A DNA stretch of 64,000 nt from Mobula hypostoma (Eukaryota). Positions 39,020 to 52,400 of this stretch are shown piece by piece. The notes beneath the pieces were generated by a model. It was not told the origin of the DNA, did not search any database, and worked only from the letters and a program-made list of their open reading frames with translations. The stretch spans positions 88,848,001 to 88,912,000 of the forward strand of contig NC_086097.1 of the NCBI RefSeq assembly GCF_963921235.1, given 5' to 3'. How positions within the stretch are numbered: position 1 is the first letter of the stretch; each line of letters starts with the position of its first letter. The position numbers were made by a program, and so were the translations under genes.

Positions 39020-39447
39020 AACACCAAACATTTTAATTCCAGTTTCCATTCTCATTCCAACATATCTGTCCACAATTTCCTCTATTGCCACGATGAAGCC
39101 ACTCTCAGGTTGGAGGATCAACACCTCATTTTCCACCTGGATAGATTCCAACCTGAAGGCATTAACACTGATTACTCCAACCTCTGGTAATTTTCCCCCT
39201 CCCTTTCCTCAAATTCCCCTCTCTTTCTTCTCCTCACCTATCATTACCCCCTGATGCCCCTCCTCCTTCCCTTCCTCCTATGGTCCATTCTCCTCTCCTA
39301 TCAGATTCTTTCTTGTCCAGCCCTTTATCTTTTCCACCTATCAACTCCCAGCTTCTTACTTCATCCTCCCTCCCCCATCCACCTGGATTCACCAATCACC
39401 TTGAAGCTTGTACCCATTCCTCTGCTCCCACCTTCTTATTCTGGCTA
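39020..39447 (+). mobile_element. Penelope 3' fragment
   Basis: HFNSSFHSHSNISVHNFLYCHDEATLRLEDQHLIF followed by a pyrimidine-rich UTR. Confidence 0.8.
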
Positions 39448-42370
39448 AAAGATCAGCAGAGCATCATTGGGCCTGTATTGTGCTGTACTGTTCTATGCTC
39501 TATGTTCTCTCTTTATACAGCATCTTCCACAACTTCTGGACATTCCAAGGCATTTTGCAGCCATTGAAGTGCTCTTGATGTTTGAATTCTATTGCAAAAT
39601 TGACCAAATGGAACAAAGCTAAGTGTAAATGGAAGAGTTACAGGGTATATGGAAAGAGGGAATGGGGATGATTAACTGGGATTTAGTACAGACCCAAGAA
39701 GGTTGAAAGACCTCCATCCTTGTTGCAGTCAGTTTGCCTGTAGGTAAAAATCACACAGTAAGCAACAATATAATAACCAGGGGGATTTACCTCTTCCATC
39801 TATTACCTTTTTACTTCATCCCTCCTCACCCCCACCCACCCACCTAATGCTTGCCAGCATGTACTCCCTCCTCACCTCCATTTTCTTATTCAGATTTCTG
39901 CCCCCTTCCTTTCCAGTCCTAAACAAGGGTCTCTGCCTGAAATGCCAAACTGTGCATTCCCCTTCATAGATACTGCTGAGTTCCTCCAGCATTTTGTGTG
40001 TGTGTAGCTCCAAATTTGGAGCTCTCCTTCAGTCGGCATACCTTCTCTGTTCAAGCCTCAAATGGAAGCTAGTAGTTTACCACTGACAAGGCAGGCATCA
40101 CTGACATAACTGATGTCCCACCATGCTCAAGTTCAGCTTCTATCCTGTTGTCATCAGAGTCTCAAATGATAAGACGGACACTTGACCTCACACTCCACGT
40201 CCTTGTGGACTTGCACCTTAGTGCAGTGCAGGCGGACAATTGCTCTGTATTTTTATTATTGTTTCCCCTTGTACAACCTTAATACTTTGTTGTAATGAAA
40301 TGAACTGTACAAAATTTTTCAATGTACCTCGATATGTGACAATAATAAACCAATCTCATCTTTCAGTCCAAATGTTGCACATTATTTCCCATCCAGAAAA
40401 CTGAATACAAGCAACAAACTGGCATTCCCTGTGCAGGACTGAATGAATTGTAATTACATTATTATTGCCACATGTACCAAGGCACAGTGAAAAAGCATTT
40501 TTGTTTGTATGCCTTCCAGAAAGACTGCTGCAAACACAAGTATGTTCAGGTAGTAAAACAGAAAAAGAGAAGACAGAATATAACAGCACTTGCATTGGTG
40601 TAGGTAATGTTATCATTAAAGTTACTACAGCACGGAATTAGGACCAGGAGTATGCCAGTTGAACCTTCTGCTCTGCCATTCATCGAGATCATTAATCTTC
40701 TCCCTCATTGTCTTTCGGTTGTATTATCTCCAATTCCTCAATTCCTTTGAGATCCCAGCTTCCTTTCAGGAAGGTCCCCAACAAGTGGTTCAATCTCTCA
40801 GCAAATGTTCACTTTACATTTCCCTTTTCACTGTTGGTGGGAGTTTACTGTGTGCAAATTGACAGCCCTGCTGCCTCTACCATATCAGTCCTTATATTTT
40901 CTAAGTATGTCATTGGTAATCACATCAATGTGGAACATACTGAGGCTTATAGGTTCAGCTTTCCCCATTCACTGCTATCAGCATGTTTATCACAGCCTCG
41001 AACCATTTGGTCTACCTGTGCCAAAGTAAATGATGCTTTAAACTCCAACATAAACACACTCTTCAATTGCTCAGTCACAGTACAATGCACTCATTCTTGT
41101 GCTTCTGTGTTCCAGAAGGCTTCACAACCTTGAGGTTTTCGGACAAATCTGTGCACTGTGCACACACACATGAAATTACACCCACTCTCCCCAAACAAGC
41201 ACACAGGCCACAGTTGTATTACAAGATCACCTGTCTAAAAGGTGGCTGGTAGGATCAAACTTACAGTTCGCTCTGTACCTCCTACACTACTCATGTAAGG
41301 AAATGGTCCCATTTTCTGGTGGACACAGCCAAATATCTCTCAAGAGGAATGAAAGGGCCAAAGATAGACCAATAGCTTTTTGACAAGATTTGAATGGTAC
41401 CATCCAATAGAAACCTCCGACCGACTACAGGTGTAGATAGGGTGACACAAGTTTAGCCTCTAGCACCAGTCTGTTGCAACATTTCTCACACAAAGCACAT
41501 ATTAATGTAGTTAGAACATTAATAAGCATCTCCCAACATTCAGTAACCAAGGGGTAGCATCAAGAATAGCACAATTTCCATTTTACCAAGAAGAGTAGAG
41601 AAAGATCAAAGGTCTCAGCAATATTGCAGTGCAAGTGAGAACACTGATATCATGGGCCCAATAACACTTTCTGCAGTTCTTAATTAACTAATCAGAAATA
41701 TATTAGGATTCACAACGTGACGATTGTATTCTGTGCATTCTAGGTTACAACTCCGCTGAGATGCTTAATATGCCAGCCAGTAACCTGAAGTGCAAAGAAC
41801 CTACTTCACTGCACATCTGCAAATGCACCTCAGCTTCCACAGAAGTGGGCATGGTTTCGCTAATTCTCGGCTTAAATTTCACATTGGTGCCTATGCAGAT
41901 TCCAACTTAATACAAAACTCGAAATCACACTGAACTTAAGAAAGGGCTAAAATATAGACTGCTTTGGAATAACGGAAATTATCAAATGCAAGTCTACCTG
42001 CACGTTCAACTCACTCGTGGAGGCCAGATGTTTCACACAGATCATTACGATGCTATGTAGGGGCCCGTTAGAAGCATTACTATTTCTTCACGATAACAAT
42101 CAGTGTATTGAAACTACCAGCAGTGAATTCCAACACATTAGCTTGCAGTTCATTAAAGACCGTTATTCCTTCTCTTCGAGAGGTGTCACATGCACACTTC
42201 CCGCAAACAAATCCTCCGCATGCTTTACATCTCGAGCGGGTGAAAACAGCGAAGAAAGTTACTTGGCAAACTCGAACGTTAATAAATTCAAATCTTTCTT
42301 GCCTACTGCACGTGAACGCAGCTCTAAGCTGTATCCCCCCCCCCCTCCCCCCAGGTACAAGCCTCCTTAC

Positions 42371-42436
42371 CTGGTCTGCACCAGAAACTAGTTCTAAAAT
42401 ACATAGCATCATCCAGCCAAAAACTCCAAAGATCAT
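42371..42436 (-). CDS. FBLN7: Fibulin-7-family gene, coding exon 1 (signal peptide MIFGVFGWMMLCILELVSGADQ)
   Basis: ATG in an AAGATGA context at 42436; 22 mostly hydrophobic codons ending VSG-ADQ; then donor CAG|GTAAGG at 42370. Phase 0 matches the exon at 15356. Lies beside a CpG-enriched non-repeat region. The link across the 27-kb intron is inferred. The symbol is family-level (could be the fibulin-8 paralogue). Confidence 0.75.
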
Positions 42437-42840
42437 CTTGAATCTGTCAAAACCCAAAACGTCTCGAAGGCGCCGACTTCTGCAGGTTTCTCTTAGAAAG
42501 AAAGCCCTTCTAGGCGTGTTTTGTTCTTTTGTAGAACTCTTGCTCCCAAATGAGGGTTGAAGTTTTGACTTGGTCTGGTCCGGAATATTTATCGTCCGTG
42601 CATCTGTGTGGTTTGCAAATCCAGAGAATTAGATGCTGCGAGTTTGATTGACGTCTAGAAAGCTCTGCGAGCGTGTGTGCGGAGAAAAACGTGGGTGGGG
42701 TGTGGTGCGAGCAGGAATGAGTTTTGCGGAGATTTGGAAATTTATTTTTTTGCCAGTTATTCTGGGCAGGAAATCCACGCTGTGAAATAATGCCAAACGC
42801 CTGAAGTTAACCGGTTTCTATTTATTTAGACTGTCACGCC
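42437..42840 (-). promoter_or_regulatory. Probable 5' UTR and proximal promoter of the fibulin-7-family gene
   Basis: Local CpG enrichment with no recognisable repeat. Contains a TATA-like GATAAATA on the minus strand (42586-42593), CRE-like TGACGTCT (42649-42656) and a CACCC/GT-box GGGTGGGGTGTGG (about 42693-42705). The TSS was not determined. Confidence 0.5.
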
Positions 42841-45800
42841 TTGATGGCTGTTCACATCTCTTACAGATCAAATACCCTGTCTGAACATAACAAATTTGTT
42901 TTATATCCAAGGCAGCAATACACTGTTTCTGTTAAAGGCCATTCAGTACGGGGAGAAAATACATGTTTGAAAGAATATCGAAAAATTTATGACAAGTTCA
43001 TAAGCAATGTTAAACCTGGAAATAAGGAGTTCCTGGAAACGGACCGAGGTAAAATGCAAATTGGTTTATTATCACATGTACCTTTGCATACCGTCCATAC
43101 AAATCATTTTATCTTATCAGGGCATGGAGTTAGTACCAGAGAAAATAATAATGCAGAATGAAGTGTTACAATCACAGAGAAAGTGCAATGCAGTTTCTCA
43201 GTCAGGTGCAAGACCGCAATGAGGTAGGTTGAAGTCAAGAATTCATTTTATGGTAGGAGGGACATTCGATAGTTTTATAACAGCGGGATAGAAGCAGTCC
43301 TTGCACTTGGTGGCACATACTTTCAGGCTTTTGCATTTTGTACCTGATGGGAGGGGGAGAAGAAAGAATATCTGGGGTCTGGGGTCACGGTCGGTGGTCT
43401 CTGTATTATGCCGGTTGCTTTACTGAGGCATTGAAAGGTGTAGAAAGTTTAGAGTGATAATATAAAAAGATTTCTCCCTGCTTATTTTTAGTCATACATA
43501 GCTCAGGGTGGCACAGGCTTGCCGTTGACTCAGAATGCCACAGTTTCAGGTTCACTCTCCAGAAGTGTGAAACAGTCCAGTCAGTCCACTGAAACCACAC
43601 CAGCCATCTATCACACACTGATTCCACTTTCTCTCCCCCACACTCCCCTCAGCCACCCTCAGATTCCGACATCCCAAGGACAGTTTACAGTGGTCAATTA
43701 ATCTATCACTCTGCATGTCTTTGTGATACAGGAGAAAATCAGAAACCTCTAGAGGAAACTTTCGTGGTCACAGGCAGTGCATTCAAACTTCATGTACATA
43801 GGAATGTCAGGATTGAATGCAGGTCACGGGAGCTGAGAGATAGAGACCCTACCAACTATTACTCCAATAAAGGTGTATAGTACTGTTTGCTACAATGCAG
43901 CACAGACAGTTCAGCACCAGTATGGGGATAACACACCAATAGCAATGGTACCTTTTTGATCGTATGTTAAACTGTGGCTGTCATCTGAGGTGGATGAAAA
44001 GGTGTGATCACCATTTGCAAGAACAACAAGGACCAGCAATAATATTGATATTCCCCTCAGAGCTTCGGCAATATATCTGAGATCTTACAGTGCAAAAATT
44101 GCTCATTGCAATTCTGACAGCACTGGGCTTTGGGAAGTATTTAACTGGCTGCAAAGAACTTTGAAATATCCAGAGCTGATTAAAATGAAGTGCAAATGAA
44201 AAGCATTTCATTTCCTTAATAGTAAGCAATCATTCAGTTGCTGTGATGTTATGAAATAGCAAAAAGAAAAATTTCAGTGAGATAGGTCTGATTAACAAGG
44301 TTCGTGAGGGACATGATGAAAAGGGTGTGTGTGTTGCACTTCCAAGAATGAGTGTGATATAGTGCTATCATGCTCTATGGAATGAAAACTCAAGTTCAAG
44401 TTTATTGTCATTCAACCATACGCATATACAGCTAGACAAAATATCATTCCTCTGGGGCCAAGGTGCAAAACACAGTACATACAGTCCCACACAGCTCATA
44501 TAGTTATGATCCAGCACATAGTCACAGAATAATATTAGTACAAGTTACATGGCCTGAATATTTACAGCTTCGCATAAAGTGTGAGGTGCATTTGTACATC
44601 AGACAGTATAATGTTACTAGCAGTATTATAATAGAAACAAGTAGTGTAAATATGTGAAACAGCAGTGATAAAAGATGAAAAAGTAACCAGTCCGATCAAT
44701 GACCAGGGCATTCAGGAGGGTGTACATGTGTGCTGAGTGGTAGCAGTGTGTTATGAAGTCTAACAGTAAGAACAATATACTAATACCTATTTTATTCAGT
44801 TCAATTAAAGAGATCACCAGCTGCTCACTCCCATTCAGTAAAATATTGACCATCTCCCTGTGTAGTTACCCCCCAAATAAAACACCAGTTCCTTCGCAAT
44901 TAACCTACCCACATTTCACAAATTGAATAAAGTCATCGAATTCACTGATTCATCCCAATTAAATAGAACAAGGCTAATTCTTTCCCAGTCACCATTATGC
45001 AATCAAGTACAAAGATAACAATTCATTTGCATTCAGGATAAGAAATAGAATATAAATGAATAATTATGTCCAATTAATTGTAAATTGAACAATTCTTTCT
45101 GTTCACCACAATCCCACAGTGCTAAAGTGAATACAGATCAATTTATGATTTTAAGATATCTACAAGATCCTAGCATTATGAGACAATATAAAGCATCATT
45201 TCCATATTAAGTAAAATATTGATAATCATTTCATTGTCCTTTACTATAATTAATAAACATCAGAATACTAATTCCCTTCCATTCACAAGTAAACTGAATT
45301 GTCAAAGATAAATTATCTTCCTATTTGTCTCAATTAAACAAAATTCCCCTAAAGAAAAACCATTTCTTTTCACCTCAATTAAATGGAATTTCAATAACTT
45401 GCTCTTATCTCATTCAGTAACATTACAGTTCACCTTTAAACTCATCACAATTAAAACAGACTTCATAAAAGCCTCGAATAATTTACTATAATTAAATAGA
45501 ATTCAAATTGAGCTACAGTATTAGTTTACCATGCTTCTTAACTTAATGAATTCCCAATAATTCAATCACCTTTCAACTCATTGCATTTCAACAGAACATT
45601 TGCAAATCTAATTCCATTTGGATTAATTAAATAGAATATTGCTAGATTAGTTCCTATTCACTCCAACCAAATAAAGCAGTCCTCTCCTAATTCACTTCAA
45701 TTAAATAAAATATTCAAATAGATTTCCCATTGATTGTAATTAACAAATTAACAGAATCAATCTCTCTAATATTGCCATTGAGGAACAGCAGAATGATCAT

Positions 45801-46109
45801 TTTTGCATCCATCTGAATGTAAGAAAATTAGCGCAATTCTATTTTGTTCGTCATATTTAAATAGAATTCACAATGGCTTCACGTTTGCTACAATTGAACT
45901 ATTTCAACAGACTTTCCAAATTGCTTTAATTAGTAGATAAGCCTCCACTTCATTAAATAAATGTCTATTAAACTAACCCCTTTTCAATGTTTCTATTTCA
46001 TTGAATTCTAACAGAACAAATCCCTTTCTCATTCACCTATTTAAACTCAAGGTTATTAATTCAGCACATCACTGAAACCAGCCGACCCTCCATTGTCTTT
46101 CCTTACACT

Positions 46110-46430
46110 TCCCGCTGCCTCAGTAAGGCAACCAACATAATCAGTCCTGGTGAAGGGTCTCGGCCAGAAGCATCGACTGTACTCTTTTCCATAGACGCTG
46201 CCTGGCCTGCTGAGTTCCTCCAGCATCTTGTGTGCTGCTTTGGATTTCCAGCATCTGCAGATTTCCTCTTGTTTGCAGTCAAAGTCCACCACCCACTACA
46301 GACATTCTTTCTTCTCCCCCCTCACATCACAAGAAGGTACAAAATCTCAAGGACAGCTTCTACATATGGATGGCATGCAAAACAAGTTTTCCCACTGTAT
46401 CTCAGTTCATGTGACATAATAAACCGATTT
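46110..46430 (+). mobile_element. Rex-type 3' fragment interrupted by a Penelope pLTR (about 46142-46277)
   Basis: cgctgcctcagtaaggcaaccaacataatc is separated from aaagtccaccacc by gtcctggtgaagggtctcggcc...gcatctgcagatt. Confidence 0.65.
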
Positions 46431-46854
46431 ACATTTCCCATCCATTTATATTGACTGTTAATAAATATACTCTACCTCCCATTCACATTGGCTAAATAGC
46501 ATTCCGATGAACCTTCTCAGCCTCATCATTTGAAAAGAATATCAACAGGCCAATCCCTTTCCTGTTCAGTAACTAAAAGTCTCAGTCCTTATGACACAGG
46601 AAGAGGCCATTAATTTATGAAGCTTGTGCTCCATCCTTTCAAAGCAATCCCATCAATCTCATTGCCTTGCTCTTTCCCACGAAAATTATGCAGACACAAG
46701 AGAATGCAGATTCTGGGATCTGGAGTGGACAAATATGCTGCCAAAAGTACCACAGCAAACTTCACTGTAAAGATGACCCTCTGCGTTTTGGCCATTCAGG
46801 TTACAGACGTCCACCTTTACAGAATTCACAAATCACCCTCCAAACATTTGAGAT

Positions 46855-47660
46855 AGAGTCACTACAGCACAGAAGCAGGCCTTTTGGCCCATCGATTCCA
46901 CGATGAACTATAAATCTACCCAGTCCTATCGATCTGTACCCAGACCACGGGCCTCCATGCCCCTCTCATCCATTTACCTATCAAAATTTCTCTTCAATGT
47001 TGAAAGCAATCCAAAATCTACCACTTCAGCTCATTCCACACTCCCACCACCCTCGGAGTGAAGATGTTTTTAAATTTGTTATTTAGTGATACAGTGTGGA
47101 GTAGGCCCTTCCAGCCCTTTGAGCCATACCATCACCCTAGCAACCACCGACATACCCAGATAACCCAAACCTAATCGCAGGACGATTTACAACGACCAAT
47201 TGACCTTCGCTGCAGGTCCTTGGACTGAGGGAGGAAACCAGAGAACGCAGAGAGAACCCACGCATTCTACGGGGAAGACGTACAGAGACTCCCTACAGAA
47301 TGGTGCCGGAATTAAATTCCGAACTCCGGAATACCCTGAGCTATAATAGCGTCGCGCTAACCGCTCTGCTACTGTGATGTGCGTGAGTTCCCTTTGGACA
47401 GTTCACCTTTCACCCTTAACCCATGACCTTCAGTTCTAACTTCACCCAACCTCAGTGGAAAAGACCTGCTAGCATTTGCCCTGTCTGTACCTGTATATAT
47501 AATTTTATATACCTCTATCAAGTCCACCCTTATTCTCCTGCACTCTGGGGATTAAAGCCCTAACGTATTCAATTTTTCACTATAACTCAGGTTCCCAAGT
47601 CCTGGCAATATCCTTGTGAATTTTCCCTGCACTGTTTGAATCGTATTAGTATCTTTCCTG
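46855..47660 (-). mobile_element. CR1 3' fragment with a nested minus-strand V-SINE (about 47075-47378)
   Basis: Colinear with the 3' end of the CR1 at 1444-1960 (actacagcacagaagcaggccttttggccc ... attttatatacctctatcaa); SINE reads gtagcagagcggttagcgcg on the minus strand. Confidence 0.8.
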
Positions 47661-49337
47661 CCAGTCAATATGGAATAAAATTCATTACCATGGAATTTGT
47701 GTGAAAAAGAGAAAATAAATCAATTTAATTTTTTCTTCAACTTGCATTTCTTGAAGCATGTGCAGATTACACATCTTCACCATACAGAAAATCATGATAT
47801 GCACAATTTTCTAGGAACACAGCCCCTCTGTAATGCTGGGATTACTTGCATTGAGTTTCATCTGTCACTTGCTTGCCTAGTCAAACAATCCATCTATGTG
47901 TGTTTCCCTGTCTATTGCTATTTGACTCATTGTTTATCACAGTTCCAGCTTTATATCATCTGTAAACTGGAAATCTTACCCTGCACATGTGTTTCCAAAT
48001 TTTAATATATATTCAAAAAACACTGGCCTCTGGGTAAAATCGTGTCCGCTTCCAAAAAACAACCACTTACAGCTGCCCTCTGCCTTTAAATGAATATACA
48101 GCCCACGCTCCTTCTGATCAATTAGTCCCATCGACCTCAATTTTGGTAACTAGCCCTTTGCAAGGGATTTGTCAGACATTTTCTTAAATTCCATATGGAT
48201 AGCATCTACAGCCCATCTTCATTTATCTCTATTACAACATCAACTATTCAATCCTATTACTTAAACCAGATATCCTTTTAAGAAAGGGGCTCCCAGTCTA
48301 GGGTCTACAGACCCCTTGGTTATTGGTAGGGGTCAGTGGCATAAAAAAAGGGTTCTTAAAGTTTTCTTAAGTCAAACTGCGTATTAAAGATTTCCCAGGT
48401 TATTATTTCTAGAATCCAGTACAATACTGAAGTGGCCCATTTTTCATGTTTTTGGGTTAGACTGGAAGTTAACAGCAAACTATTCCATCATTTCCATTCC
48501 CATCTCTTTCAGCAACCCAAGAGCTATCCTCCCTGAATTTGATTGTTTGCTTGCTTTAAGCTGAGCAGTCTTTTCAGTAATTGGAGCAACGATGAAGGCC
48601 TTTGACCTGAAGTACTGCTCTATTTCTCTCACCAGAGATACTGCTTGACTTGTGAAGGCTTCCAGCCTCCCTTGCTTTCTTCTGATATTTCTACTTCCTT
48701 TATCGGTTTTCACTACCACCATGTCTCTACTATCTTTCTTTCCACTGAGGTACTTCCCAGCATCCTCTTGGTAAAATTCAGCTTCTCTTCAAATTATTCT
48801 AATCCCCTTCTTATTAATTAGTGTGATGGCACAGAGCTCGAGTCTCATTAATATTCTGGGGGCATTAGCTTGAATATGAGCATGGCATCTGAAGGATTTA
48901 AATTGACGCAATTAAAATGACCCATGACCTTCTAATTCACCCCAATTAAATTCAACGCCAATTGACCGATTTCTTCTAATCCTCTGCAATTTAAAAAAAA
49001 TGAACCAAATTCTAAACATTCACTTCAATTGTTTACGTTTAGAATAATCCAACATATGTCCCATACAGTTTAGTTAAATAACCCAGTCATTCGGATTCAT
49101 TTTGATTATACTGATTAATATATCAATTCTTATTTGCCTCAATTAAACAGAATACCCTGCCATTTCACCTCGATAGTATAAAATTTAAATAGGCAACTAG
49201 ATTCCCTTTCAGGAGGCACAAGAGATGACAGATGCTGAAATCTGGAGCAGCAAATAATATGCAAAAAGAACTCAGTGGGTCGATCAGCATCCCTGCAAGG
49301 GTTTTGACTCAAACCATGGAGTTCCTTTCCTCTCGTA

Positions 49338-49417
49338 CAGGGGTTCCCAACCGAGGGTCCATGGACCCCTTGCTTAATTGTAGAGATCCATGGCATAAAA
49401 AAGACTGGGAACCCCTG
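49338..49417. mobile_element. 80-bp Charlie-type mini-MITE inside a pLTR remnant
   Basis: TIR caggggttccca / tgggaacccctg; TSD not convincing; related degenerate copy near 48285-48355. Confidence 0.7.
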
Positions 49418-52400
49418 CTCCCACAGATGCTGCTCGACCTGCTGAGGTCCTGCTGCAGATTATCTGTTGCTTTCTGTTCCCATTCCCCTTATTTTTCAGA
49501 ACTTGAAAAAATCAATGCTTTATCATTCAAATTCATGAACTCATACCCATTAAATCTTCCCTCTCCTATTTAGTCTATTAAAGTGGAACATGAAGGGTTT
49601 GTAAATAACCACGACCAACCTATGGTCTCGCCATTCAATATTGTTAGGTATTGACCAACCACATTCCCAAACAACCAGTTTCATAGATTGTCCACAGTCC
49701 AACATCCTTCTGTTTAAATAGAATAAGTAAAATATTAAGCAAAGCAATTGTCTTTTCATTCACATCAATGAATATATCAAACGATTCAGTTCACACTTCA
49801 GAGTCAACGATAGTTTCTACCACTCTAGTTCAATGGGGTCCAAGGTGAATGTTGAGACCACTTTTTTTCCCCCTATAGTCACTAGTGGAGGATATGCAGG
49901 ACAAAGTAGATGCTAAGGTACCTTAGCATTTACCTCAAGTGGGCTGCTTTGTATTTGATGGTGGTACTGAAAACATATCCAGCCAGGTTCACACTGTACT
50001 GATCTGTGCTTCATGGACAGTGGAAAAGATTTCACAAGGTATAGGATGATACGCTCATCATAGAATACCAGCCTCCAAGTCACCTTGGTGTCATAGTATT
50101 TATGTGGCTGATATTAAATTTCTGGCCAACTATGATCCACTGTGCATCAATAAAGTGAGTCTCAGGGAGGGTAATACTATTGAATTAGAGAAGTAGTTCT
50201 TCATTATACAGCCGTGCACCTTACACATTGTCTTTAAACTATCTGTATTTTGGATATTAATAGGTCCCATTGATACTCTTTACTGTACTTTCTGCAGAGC
50301 CTCTGCACATGGTACATCCATTTCCAGCAAAACATGCTGCACTTCCACAGCTTTCTTACATATAGGACACTCTGGATAAGCTGATGTCCTGCACAGTTGT
50401 TACAATTTAGCCTAATGCCTTCTTCACATTTGCCTCAATCATGTCACATTTGCCACAATCATGTTCTCCACTACATCTACCACATGCCTTTTCACACTTA
50501 CATAAAGCTGCTACACAACTAAACTTCTGGCATTGAAAACATCACAGAGGTACAAAACCTAGAACCATATAATTCATAACCTAAATTAACCCTATCCGGT
50601 AACTTCCTACGCCCCACCAAATTTAATCAACAGCAATAATCTATCTGCTCTAATATCATCACAAACCCCTTTTAAAAGTTTAGGTTCACAACTATTCCCC
50701 CCCAACTAAATTACTTTTATCTTGGTCCATGGATACATCTAGAGGCACTCCAGAGATTACTCCCCAAAGCCACTATAGTTAAATATAATTCCTTGTATTA
50801 CTTTCCTTCCTCCCACAGCTTCTCACATTGCTTACAATCTTTACCAAATACTATGTGCGTTCCACCTCTTAAAAGTTTTATGCCCACAGTATCTCCTAAT
50901 GCTTTTTTTTCCCCAAAATCCTTATTTAGTCTACTTAGATTGATATCAGAAGCAGGTCAACATTCAAAACTCAACAAGAACTTAAACTATTCCTTCCTTA
51001 TCTTATTTAAATGCTGTCTACTGCCTTCATTATTGGACAATAAGCCACTACTGTACAGTCCTCAACCGGCTGTTTATTCTTCTGTTTTCCTGGAATCTGC
51101 CATTCTCTTCCCGCCATAAAACTGCTGTCACCCAATACCACCTCGTGTTCACTACCACTGTCTTCCCTGCCATCTCTACCCCTATCCTGCCTGAGAGAAA
51201 ACTCCCAACAGTTGGCTTAGTCCTTTGCACTAATCTCAATCAACAGTTCAGAGTCTGCTGAGCCCAAGCAGTACGTCCGGTGGCAGCCTGCACCAGGTGC
51301 CAAAAACCATTGAAGACACCAGTTGAGATTCTAGATAAGAAGTTAGGTTCTCTTGTGTTGGAAATGGTTGTAGATTTTATGAAAGTTAATTACCAATTTT
51401 CAGTCAATCTGGATTGTTGCCCAGATCTCCTTTGATTTACTCAGGTAATTAGAAAATCAATAGAATAATAATATGCACTTGGTTTACTCCGGAAAATTAG
51501 ATCAACTACAGAACAATGATCAGAAATTCATCTAAGTGAAATAGAATTCTAATAAAACAGTCTCCTCATGTTCACAGACATTAATTAAAAAATCAATAGA
51601 TTAATCTTTATGGTATTTATCCATAGTAAACTGAAATCAAGTTGAGCAATGCCCTTCCAGTTTACTTCAACTAAATATTCAGTAGTAGACCAATTCCTAA
51701 CTCATTCACTTCTTAATTAAAAAGATTAGTAGACTAAGATCACCGCTAAAACGTATTTGAATTTGATTATGCTCTTTCCATTCAATATTTGAAGTTAAAT
51801 CCACAATGTAACTGTTGTGAGTTGTAAAGACCAAGAGATACTCCATAAGCAACACCTTGCATGTTGCAGTACTCATTAGCCCTGGTGTCAAAGAAATGAC
51901 ATTCTCCCCATCTATTTATCAGTTTTCCCCACTACAAAACCTTTTAGATTCTCATGAGATTCCAGAAGAGCAGAGACAGCAACCAGTCATAACAGGTTCT
52001 GTAGTCAACAAAACCCTTGGATCCCTTTTATTTAATCCTAATCCATAGTAACATCTATTTTTATCTTCTTGTTCTCCATTGTTGATAGTGCGATCTGTAA
52101 CCACGATAAAGAAGGTTCTGCCCACAAGAGGTAGACCTTATCGTACTCCTCCTTCATTTTAAAGTTCAAAGTTCAAAGTAAATTGTATTATCAAAATACA
52201 TATATGTCACCATATACAACCCTGACATTCATCTTCTTGTGGGCATACTCAATAAATCTATAGAATAATTACAGAATCAATGAAAGATCGCTCAACTAGG
52301 GCATTCAACCAGAGTGCAGAAGACAATAAATCGTGCAAATACAAAAAGATAAGAAATTAAACCATGTTGATATAAAAACAAAGTAGCGATATACATTAAG

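Noticed and set aside
42080..42457. 125-aa ORF as a single-exon protein
   Set aside because: Only 42371-42436 is exon; the rest reads through the GTAAGG donor into intron.
44780..46055. CRISPR-like repeat-spacer array
   Set aside because: The recurring motif is too degenerate, spacing is irregular and there are no cas-like ORFs; kept only as a periodic-motif finding.
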